Assembly (NCBI GenBank): GCA_001179505.1 | Contig: CDMY01000164.1 | Coordinates: forward strand, 62,001 to 126,000 | DNA: 64,000 bases | Direction: 5' to 3' | Origin: Vitrella brassicaformis CCMP3155 | Lineage: Eukaryota > Protista > Chromerida | Shown: in pieces, positions 1 to 10,219 of the stretch | Position numbering within the stretch: position 1 is the first letter of the stretch | Layout: each line of letters opens with the position of its first letter | The notes under the pieces: model-generated | The model's database searches: none | Seen by the model: the letters and a program-made list of their open reading frames with translations, nothing else | What the model was told of the DNA's origin: nothing | Made by a program: the position numbers and the translations under genes

Positions 1-1
1 A

Positions 2-2911
2 CGTAGCCACGCACTGCACACCCATATTTCCACTCTGCCTTCTCCCTCCTCCTTGGTGGTGTTTCTGCTTCAGGCCCCTGACGGTTTTGGCGACGGCCCT
101 GACGGCTCTCTGGCGACGCTATTCAGCTTCATGACGCCTTGCGAGCTGTCGGCTCTCTTCCCGGACCGCCCCGTCGAACCACTAACAAACCAGCAAGCCG
201 ACCCCACCATCCACGATGCAGCCGTCCACCAGCAGACACACATCACCGTGGACTGCAGCACCCGTGCAGAGTGTCACTTCTGGGAGAGCATGACGCCTGA
301 GGCCGCATTCCAGCTGGGCAAGTGTCTCATCAACGTGACGGCACTCACCGTCCTGCAGCCACACGATCGTCCATCGTGGTGTCTGTTCACCATGATAGGC
401 ATCGTGGAGGGCCATGCCGCCGGGCGACGGAAGGCGTACGAGGCGAAGGATCGACAGCAGCACATGCCCGAGGGGTCTCTGGAGAGCATCCAATTTGTGG
501 CCAGCCCCATCAGCCACGCCGACCGACTAGGGCGGCAGCATTGCCCCACCAGAAAGAATCGCAACAGCAGCAACAATCGCGGCATCTACATTAAGGCCAG
601 GAGGGGCGGCGAAAGGACAAAGAGGAAGCGCCCCCCCATCCCCCCTCCCATCAGAGCGCCCCCAACCCTCCCTGCCCTCAGGACTGTCACAGGAGCCGTC
701 CCGGAGCACGCTGTGGTGTCCAGCAGCCGGTGGGTGATGCCCGCACTCGAGCACATAGACCAGCAGGGCTGGACGGCGGACCAGCTGGGCCTGTTCATCA
801 GCACTTCGCTGTCGCTGCAGCACGTGGGTGGGAGGGTGCGGGGCGCGGAGTGGGCGGCTGTGTTTAGGTATGTCCTCGTGGCACGTGATGGCCAGCCAGG
901 GCGGCTCAGACGGCTGCGGAGCATTGGATTGATCCATTACTGGACGCCGGAAGAAGTGGACGAGCTGCAGGTATGGACCATTACATCGAAAAGGAATCAC
1001 ATGTAATTATGTCATTGTCTTCACTTCTAGGAGGTATTGACGTCGCGTGGCTGCCGCAAGTCGCTCAAGAGCGTCAGCGTGCGGATCCTACCAATTGTCG
1101 ACCACCACACCCTCCCCGCCCTCGTCGCTGTCGACAGCCTCATCGACAAGTGCTGCGTGCCGCATGACGTCGACATCACCGTGCTGCCGGAAACTAACAG
1201 GACGACCCGCTATTTCCAGCTGTCCGTCCTCTATGCCGACGACCTGCCCCGTTCCCTCTCGCCCTTCGTCAGGAAGGCCTTGCAGGAGGCGGCACGGGTG
1301 GCATACGAGCTGCGATACACCATCAGTCAGCACGATATCACTCACTCCGTCGACGACCCGAGCCAGACGGCCATCGAGATCGCAGAGAGCCTCTCATTCG
1401 ACAACGTGAGGCTCGTGAACGCCATGAGTGCCTATGGCTTCGCCCCTCCGCCCGGGACCCCCTCACCCGCCCCCGCCATCATCGACCACCTGCAGCCCTT
1501 CCCAGCGGCCAAGGAGCTGCAGATCTGCAGCGGTCTGGGCGGGCCTGTGGGCAGCTTGCTGGCACAGAAGATGCCCATGGAGGTGGAAACGGTGATCATG
1601 CCCTCGGCTGTGAGGTCAGAGGACAAGACCAGGGTGCTGGAGGCGTTGGGGGAGGAGAGGGAGGTGGACACTATCTACGTCGGTGCAGCTGGGAATGCAC
1701 TGAGTGCATTGGATGGATGGAGGGCGGAGAGCTTCCCAGTGACGCACCAGATGAGTGTCCAATTTGGAGGTATGCAGAATACTAGGTGGTGTCCCGTTGA
1801 CGTGTGCATTGCTGCATTGTGTGTGTGTGCCTTCGCTCACTGCCAGACGACCGATATCGTTGCATCCACTTTCGAGTTGCACTGACATCGCCTGGCGTCC
1901 GCAGCTCGCTCAAGAGCCTCAGCGTGCGGGTCCCGGCATCTATCGACCATAACACCTTTCCCGCCCTCCTGGCTGCCGACAGCCTGATCAACAAATGCCG
2001 CGTGTCGGATGACGGCGACATCACCGTGCTGCGACAGAGCGAGACCACCAGACGTTCGGACAGGCCTCCTAGCTATTTCCAGCTGTCCGTCCTCTATGCC
2101 GACGACCTGCCCCGTTCCCTCTCGCCCTTCGTCAGGAAGGCCTTGCAGGAGGCGGCACGGGTGGCATACGAGCTGCGATACACCATCAGTCAGCACGATA
2201 TCACTCACTCCGTCGACGACCCGAGCCAGACGGCCATCGAGATCGCAGAGAGCCTCTCATTCGACAACGTGAGGTACGTAACGGTCTCGAACGCCGACGG
2301 CTTCGTCCCCCCTCCCGGCGCCCCCGCCCCCACACCCACCATCATCAACCACCTGCAGCCGTTCCCAGGGGCCGACAAGCTGCGTGTCTTCAGCGGTCTG
2401 GGCGGGCCTGTGGGCAGCTTGCTGGCACAGAAGATGCCCATGGAGGTGGAAAGGGTGATCATGCCCTCGGCTGTGAGTGCAGCAGACCAGAGCGGCGTGA
2501 TGGAGGCGCTGGGAGAGGGGCGGAAGGTGGACACTGTGTGGGTCGGTGTAGCAGTGGGGGGTGCACTCAGTCCTTTGAATGGCTGGAAGCCGGAGAGCTT
2601 CCCAGCGATCAACAAGATGTTCATCGACTCAGCAGGTGCGCATGCGCTTTGGCGTGAGTGGTGCGCCGCCTCATCTCATTCGCGCAGTGCTGCATTGTGT
2701 GTCTTGTTGTCGTTCAGTTCCTGGGCATGTGCGGGCTGTTGTGGCTGCCAGGCGGATCTCCGACGGCCTCTCGTCCGTTGTGCGCAGCATGCGGGGCCTC
2801 GAGCGTGTGATAGTGTCGGTGAATCGGAGGTCGGTCCGCAGCGCTATTCGGCGTCTGCTCCCCGACAGCGCGAGCAGCACCTTCACCATCTACTTGTTCG
2901 TCGACACCTAA
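2..2911 (+). CDS. F-box-like/LRR-like lineage-specific family protein, 5'-partial, with an internally duplicated C-terminal module
   Basis: The frame is open from base 2. The N-terminal F-box-like stretch is FLLQAPDGF..SLATLFSFMTPCELSAL. Inferred exons are <2-970, 1031-1769, 1847-2635 and ~2717-2911, with phase-compatible GT-AG introns (phase 0, 1, 1). It is homologous to the genes at 43-48 kb and 51.6-56.1 kb (shared FWESMTPEAAFQLGK, MPALE, FISSS.SL, LTSRGC.K, YTISQHDITH motifs) and has Lxx-spaced LRR-like motifs. Confidence 0.6.
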
Positions 2912-3513
2912 ACCGTGAGAAGGACATGCGGGGACACGCGAGTGCTTTGCATGGCGCATTGGGTGTCCGTGTGTGTGTGTGTGTGTGTGCCGTCAGTTCT
3001 CCTGAGCCGCACAAGACGACAGGGCAGCACCATGCCGTAGCTGCGGATGGACCGAGGCATTCCCTACGTATGTCGCTACTCAGTACCTTTGTGGATGAAT
3101 GTGTATAGGGCTGGGTGTGTGGACACCGCCAGCCAGCCAGCCAGCCAGCCAGCCAGACAGGTGGAGGGACTTAGTGATGGGCTAGTGGTGGTCGGGCTGT
3201 GTTTCTGAGCTGAGTTCATGCGTGCTGACGTACGCGTGTTGGTGAGTGTTGCTGACTGAGCGGCATACATTCGATTCAGCACATGGAGAGTTTGCGCATC
3301 ACGAGCGAGCCCCACAGTGTCGAGTGACGAATTGATTCACACTCGCACACAAAACCATTCATGCATCATCGCCGCACTTGCGGACAACAAAAGTGGCACT
3401 CCACATCTCTATCACCACCACCGCTTGCTACGGCACCAACAACAAACACACCGCGCACACCAACAAAACACGACTCACTCAACTCATTCACCAGCCTAGA
3501 TAAATGCTTGACG

Positions 3514-5095
3514 TCACTCGACCACCTCCCATTTGATCTCTCCCCCGCCCCCATCACACTCATCGATGATGCGGTATTCCCTCTCCTTGTACCGATCAGG
3601 CATGCTGGCTATCGCTGCTATCGTGTCCCTAAACACTTGCATGCGCAAGTCGATGTCCCTCGGCAGCTTCACCGTGACTTGCTGGTAGTCGTGGGGAAAT
3701 GCGTCGTGTGTGCCGGCTGCCAGGGCGTCCAGCAGCACACAGTATGGAAAGGCGGCCTCAAGCATCACCCAAGGAAATGACGGCAAGGAGGCCAAGCCCT
3801 GCAGCAAGGGGAGGGAAGGAGAGGAACGAAACATCCGCCGGCACCTGCCTGCGTACCTCGGTGCTGACGGTTCCCTTCAACACGGCAATGATCGCCTTCG
3901 TCTGGTGTTCCATCACTTTGAAGATGCCGGGCGCAAGCGCCGGCAGCCCCAGGAAGAAGAGAGTGGAAGGATGCTTCCTGTGGAAGAGGTGCACGTAGAG
4001 GGCATCACGGACGCTCTCGGGGCGGTTCATCGTGCGCGAGGGGAAGAGACCGCTCGACTCCGAAAAGAAGGGAAAATCTGGACGTATGATGTCACAGCCA
4101 ACCAGAATCGACAATGCACACGACACGCACAAACGCCCTTCGTTGGCTCCTGCTAACCGTATTTGTATCCCGTCGCGTAGATGACGGCATCAATCGTGCC
4201 GTCGCTTGTCACGAGCTCGTTGGCAGCCCCCTTCACCAGGTACCGCCCGTCGCTCTCCAGCCCTTCCAGGCGGCCGACAGGCTTCACGTTGGGGGGCAGC
4301 TTGCTCCTCACTGTCGCGGCCGTGTCAGGGTCGCTGAAGGAGGTACCCGACCAGACCACCATCTTGGCGACGCTTGCAATCTCCGAAACCAAATCTGAAT
4401 GCATGCACACACTGCTTCGGTGTCAGACAGCGCCTCTCCCTCTGTTGACTGACCTAGGCCACTTGGTCCCCCGCCGACGATCAACACGCGCTGATTGGCG
4501 AAGGGTGACGGCGAACGGTACTCCTTCGAGTGGATGGCAAAACCACTAAAGTCGTTCTTGATCAGCTGGGGATAGTTTGGGACATTATAGTGCCCATTGG
4601 CCACCACCAGTGCTTCGAAGAGCTCCTCCCCGTTGATGAGCCAGCCCCCCCTTGCACCATCGCCATGCGCCGACACGTATTCTGCCGACCGCACGGGTGT
4701 GGAGAGGGCGATCACCTCATGGAGGTTGAAGCGCTCGGCGTATGAGTGAAGGTATCTGAGGACGTCCTGGTGATTCATGAAGGAAGGCAGGGACGGAGAG
4801 AATGGGAAATCGCTATAGGCCATGATTTGCTTGGGCAGATTGGTGCGCAGACTCTTGTACAGAGCGCCGCGCGTGTCGCTGTAGACCCACAGGCCCCCGA
4901 TCTTGTCCGTCGCTTCGAACACCTTGACGCGGAAGCCCTCATCACGCAGCAGCTTGGCGGCAACCAGACCACCTGATGACACGTCGCATGAATCATAGAC
5001 AGATGAAGGTGCGTGTGCCATCCTTCTCCCTCCCGCCCATCTTAACCTGCCCCTGCTCCGATGACCGCCACCCTCTTGCTGTCGCCTTGGCACAT
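3514..5095 (-). CDS. Flavin-containing monooxygenase (FMO family), multi-exon
   Basis: Spliced start MCQGDSKRVAVIGAGA|GGLVAAK gives the FAD GxGxxG motif. Also present: GGLW, LYKSLRTNLPK, the FMO fingerprint FSGFAIHSKEYR, the NADPH motif RVLIVGGGPSG and DAVIYATGY. The 3' exon and stop position are less certain. Confidence 0.85.
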
Positions 5096-5404
5096 GGATG
5101 ACGCTCACAGCTCTTCGACGGGCAGCGGCTAGGTGCGTCTTCTGCTTCAGATTGAACACATCGCGTGGATCCAAAAGGCCAGACCAAAACTGGTTGGACA
5201 GAGAGCAGCTGATGGAGGCCTGCTGCACCACTCGTACGCTGTTTCACGAGGCTCCACACGTTGAGATTGAAAGGATCAGCCCAGCTCTTCTTGGCTCAGC
5301 ACCCGGCTCCTGGGGATGACCCCAGCGTCACGCGGACAACTAAAAGGCAGGAAAAGAGAAAGCGGCAAAAAGGCAGGAAAAGCAGATCCGCACAGAGAGA
5401 TAGT

Positions 5405-6129
5405 CTTACTACCTCTTAACGACCTGACAGTGACAGACACAAATGGAAATGAGGGCCCTTCCTCCACCGACGACGCCCTTGCTCCTTCCCGCCTGCCAAC
5501 GTACCCTCTCGTGTCCTGTCTGCAGCAGGAGGGCCCTCACCTCACACAGATCAAGGCAGATCTGCCGCCCTGGACCCACAAATCACTATGAGACGGAAAA
5601 TGGGGGATGCGCGTGAAGTCTTGAGGTCGCCTGGTCGCTCCACTGTCAATGATCTGCCAAAAGAATCGCGGGCATTACTTGGCTTAGCTCGCCCAGGGTG
5701 TAGGGTTTCCAAACCCTACTCTCAGGCACTATCCCCCGCTCGTGAGTCACATTCTCTCCGTGCCGCCGCAGAACCAGCAGCAGAGAACTGCTGCTCGACT
5801 CGGATCACCGTGCCCCTACCGGCGGAAGTCATCCGACGGTGAGTGGGGATGCAATTGGCTCATCACGAGTCAGCCATGTGATTCGCTGCTGCCTCTGTGT
5901 GTCGGTATACTTGTGTTGTGCAGGTCTACTTGTCGGCGGGACCATTGGCAATTTGCTCGCTTGTTTGCTCGTCTGGGTCCATAATTCGACACACGATAGG
6001 TGGGCAAGCACAGACACAAAGCTTCCACAAGTGCATGTGCCCGTCTCTCTCCATGACTTTTCTCTGTGTGGTGGATGCAGCTGTTAATTGGTGTGTGTTT
6101 GAGTGATGTCTGAATCTTACGGCATCGGC
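5405..6129. promoter_or_regulatory. Conserved upstream cassette between divergent FMO and ankyrin gene 1 (copy 1)
   Basis: Alignable by eye to the reverse complement of ~39331-40140, e.g. CCACCGACGACGCCCT..GCTCCTTCCCGCCTGCC and CACACAGATCAA.GCAGATCTGCC. Contains a telo-box palindrome. The regulatory role is inferred from position. Confidence 0.5.
5700..5719. promoter_or_regulatory. Palindromic telo-box pair GTAGGGTTT-CC-AAACCCTAC
   Basis: Perfect 9-bp inverted repeat with a 2-nt spacer. Each arm contains the AAACCCTA telomere-derived motif. Confidence 0.5.
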
Positions 6130-8472
6130 ATGGCCTCCGCTGCCATGGCTGACGGTGACGGTGACGATGCAGGTACACCGCAACCGAATGCACGACACAT
6201 CACACACACGGCACCCAACCACATTGTTTCATGTCGTTGTCCGTTTCATTGTGTTTGCAGACGATGTAGGCGAGGAGGGGCATAGCGGCGGCGGACCAAC
6301 AGAGGACGACAATCGCAATGGCATTGACAGCGGTGAGTGACCAACCAATCATCTCACATAGACCAGTCAACACACCAGCAGCACGGCATACTGATGTGTT
6401 CTCTGTCGGTGCGTCGCCTGTGTCTGTGGTCAGACGAGCAGCAGCAGCAGCAGGGCGGGATGGCCGACGAGATGGCCGATGAGGAGGGAAGTGATAGCGA
6501 ATCGGTAAGGCACTCATTTAGTCATTCACGAACACAACACGAGTCAATGCGATATGATGTCCGTCACGTTCTTCCTTGCCCCTTTGTGGTCTCGGGATCC
6601 CATGCAGGAGGATGGCGATAGCGATGGTGCTGGCGACGACATGAACGAAGACGACAATGAGGAGCCAGACGAGTACAGTGACATGTTCAGTGACTCGTCC
6701 GACGCCGGCTATGAGGAGGCGGGTACGCCGGACGGACAGATGTAACAATGCTATACACACACTCACTGTGTGTCTCCCTCGTGTGGCGGCTCCCGCATTG
6801 TGCTGCAGGCCATCCTGTGGTGGCGGCCACTAGCGTGACTGTCCCAGACGGTTGTGTGGGCGTCAATGACATCGAGGCTCGCTTCCCCATCGGCACCAAT
6901 GAGGCCACCAAGCAGCTGGGGCTGGGCGTCATCGGCCGCACCATCACCGACCCACGCCAAGTGACCGACCTCATCCAGCAGGAAGCAGCCGACCCCAACG
7001 TCATCCCTCGGCTGCGGAAGAAGGCCAGCATGCTTCCTGGCCGCGCCCACTCCCTGCTTTGTCTTGCCATTGACAACCTGTCAGACAATGCGATACCGAC
7101 CATCCGTGCAGAAATCGATGAGGGTGCTGACCGCGTCGTCACCATGCCGCAGTGGTCGTCAGATGGGCTGCAGGGGGGCGTCACGACGGCACTCATCGAA
7201 AGGGGCGCTGACATCAATGTGGGACGCACTGATCACGACGAAGACCCCAGGCCCATCTGTTTGGCCATCGCATCCGGCAACGAGACGACATTCAGCATCC
7301 TGGTGGAGCGGGACGACATCGACCTGCGCGGAGCAACGGTGATGAAGCTGCCGTGTCCGCTGCGTGACCCTCCCTCCGACTACCTGCAGCTGCTGTGGTC
7401 GATGTTCCAGCGCCTTATCGACCGCGACCCCACCCTCGCCGCCGAACAACGCTTCAACCACAACCTGGTGCATTTGGCAGCCACTCGGGCGGGGAGTCAC
7501 TACCCCAAGTCGTTCATCTACGCCTACCTGGACCTCATCACACAGCACGGGGCCGACATGACGGCAGTCGATGGCATTGGATGGACGCCACTGCACTACG
7601 CGGCAGAGTCTGGCTCCCCCTACGTGGCCGACTACCTCTGCCGTAAGCTGCCCGCTGACCAGATCGACAGACATGTCCTTATCAGCAACCACACGCCCCT
7701 CGCCATGGCTGCCAAACAGCTCGATCTGCTCCTGCAGGTCCAGGAGGCAGAGAACTACGAGGGGGCCGAGATCACTGAAGAGGAATGTCGTGCCGAGAGT
7801 GACAAGGTCAAGGCGATCATCCATTCGCTACTGCGAATAGGCGCCGACATCAACAGCCTCCCCACGGCCAGAGAGGAGCGCCGCCGTCGCCGCCAGCTGG
7901 TGCTGACTGAGTACACCACGGTGTTTAAGGAGGTGGGCCCTGCCTTCATGTCGGCCGTCAACGCCGCCCTCGCCCCCCACCGCGGCCTCGCTGCCCTCCT
8001 GACCCCCCGGCTGGCCGTCGGCCCGCAGGAAGCCCCCATCTTTGGCTGGCGCATCGCGTCATACCTCTTCGACATGGATGCCGCCCAGGAGGCCATCGGT
8101 GAGGCCATCGGTGTGCGGCACACCGACATGGCCCGGCGTTTGTGTGCGGCAGCGGAGCACTTGGTGCGTTCGGCGGTGTACAGGGCCAGCAGCAACAGGG
8201 AGGTGGTGGGCGGGACGGCCGATGTGGGCGGCCAGGTGGTGCGTGTGCCGCAGCTGCAGTGCTTTGTGGTGGGCGGTGTGGGTGGCCGCGAGATGGAGTT
8301 GCGTGAGGTGGTGCAGCGGGCCATCCTGGACGAGGCGGTCAAGTGGGGGCTGGCGGGGGAGATCGACAACGGCTTCAACAAGGATGTGGCTGCGGTGGTG
8401 TGGGGGGCACTGGGGTGTCTGGAGAAGGGGCGGGATGGCAGGGTGAGCTTCAGGTCGCTGCAGCTCACGTGA
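6130..8472 (+). CDS. Ankyrin-repeat protein 1: acidic multi-exon N-terminus, ANK core, conserved C-terminal domain
   Basis: Start MASAAMADGDGDDA, then short D/E-rich exons bounded by GT-AG and a long final exon ~6809-8472. ANK motifs include ALIERGADINVG, GWTPLHYAAESGSPYVADYL and HTPLAMAA. Paralogous to 36994-39330 and 40179-42403. Confidence 0.8.
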
Positions 8473-9152
8473 GAGAGGCACACAGATAGGTGACTGAGGG
8501 AAGGAGGCAGTGAGGGGGGTTTTAATGTGTAGACGGATGGTTGGTGGGGCGTGTTTTATCTATTCACTCGCGGCTCGACAGATAGACAAGATGGTGGGAT
8601 GGAAGGCAGGCACATGCAGAGACGTCACTCGGATGTGATGTGTTCACCCATCTATGGCGATATCACGTGAATGCAGTGGGTGATGAATGACTCACCTCCT
8701 GGCCGCCTTTTTGCATGTGAAGAGAAACGGTTGCTGGGTGGAGTGCCTGGCTGGCGGACAGTCTTTTACCGGTGCTTTGTGGTGACTGCCATGACATTTT
8801 GTGGTCAATGCGCAGCAGCGTATGGCCAGTGGATCAGCGTATCTCAAAACAACAGAATCTCGAAACATCCGCGTGCACATGCATATTGTCCCTGTACACA
8901 TCTAGCTATGATCCCTGACGTGTCCATCGATCTACCCCCTGCCGTGCCACTCCCACCTGTACAGCTGCTATCTATCCGCCACTCGTTCGTTTGTTCGCTA
9001 GTTTGCTGGTTCGTTCGTCAGTCCTTTTTCCTGTCCCTTTCCTCGCTGGTCGCCGCGGCCATCTCCTGCACTCGCAACTGAAGCTCCTTCCGCTTGCTCG
9101 ACACCTGCATGTGCGCACACACAGACAGATGTCGATATCGGCCTCTGTCTGC

Positions 9153-10055
9153 CTAGTTTGAAGGGGCTGTGTTTGCTACATGTTTGGGTGTGATGTCTGC
9201 CGGCTGTGTGGCCTGCTGTCCCAGGTGCTTGCGCGCAATGTGCTCGGCAAAGAGCAGAACGTACACACCGCAGTCCGTCGCGTTGGTTTGCTGCGCCGCC
9301 TTCTGCACCGTCACCGTCGCCTTGGCGCTGTTCGGGTCGTCCTGGGGTCTGAGCAGCGATGAGAGCTTGCGTGCGATTTTGGTGGCGACGGGGAGAATGC
9401 CGCTGCCCATGCTGTCATAGTAATCGAAAGACATGGGGCCGTCAGATGGATTGTGGATCACCTAGTAAAACAAGCAACGAGGGACGATACAATGTATCCA
9501 CCCTCCGTGTGTGGGTGAGGCTTGCTTACCAGGAGGCTCCAGTGGCTGCCTGCGTTGGCCACCTGGCGGTCTTCGTTGTCGTTGAGCGGAACAAGCAGTA
9601 GACGACGGCTCGACAATGACAACGCTGACCAAACAGCAACCAATATGCCTCTGGTGAGAGTGCATGTCCCGTTTCTGCCCATGCTTGCCTTCTAGTCCCT
9701 CCTTGAGGTCATCGAGGTCGTCCTCTATGTTCACCCAGAAGGAAGTGGCGGGGTCCATGAACAGCACATCGGACTGATCCCTGAAGGAAGATAAGACGCA
9801 TATGGGGCAGCAGCCATGAGTGGTTCTTGCGCTCACTTGAAGTCGCCGATGGTTGAAAGGTACTCCAACGCGAACCCAATGCAGCTGCACGACACAGCAC
9901 ATCTGCTGTGCAGAGATCTGATGCCTTTCGTCTGCATGGCGCATCTACCTGTCATTGAGCAAGTTGCCTTCCTGCAGAAGGCGGATGTCCTGGTCGTATA
10001 ATCTTGCGTTGTGGAGCGTCACGCGGGGCAGCACTGGATCACCACTAATGTCCAT
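9153..10055 (-). CDS. SENP8: Ulp1/C48 cysteine protease, SENP8/DEN1 (deneddylase)-like
   Basis: HNARLYDQDIRLLQEGNLLNDR, FMDPATSFW, LLVPLNDN..GSHWSLLV (catalytic His), YYDS (Asp) and QQTNATDCGVYVL (oxyanion Gln, catalytic Cys). It is a catalytic-domain-only protein, as is typical of SENP8. Confidence 0.8.
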
Positions 10056-10219
10056 GGCGGACCTTGAATGTTTCTTCAGGTCGATCGCGAGCTTAGAAAT
10101 GACGAGCTCGCGTCGTCCACGGACTGAGAATGGCATCCCCACGCTTTCGAAGGCGATGGGCCTGTGAAGAATGACATGAGGGACTGAGAGTCGTTGTCGC
10201 CGCTTCATTTGGTCGGCAG

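Noticed and set aside
5588-5842. Small ORF MRRKMGDAREVLRSPGRSTVNDLPK also seen in cassette copy 2
   Set aside because: The similarity is explained by DNA duplication. Start and stop positions differ between copies, so there is no evidence of coding constraint.
7755-8483. Long antisense ORF conserved in all three ankyrin loci (also 36911-37573 and 41809-42537)
   Set aside because: It is a shadow of GC-rich coding sequence. Its conservation follows from sense-strand near-identity, and it has no domain-like content.
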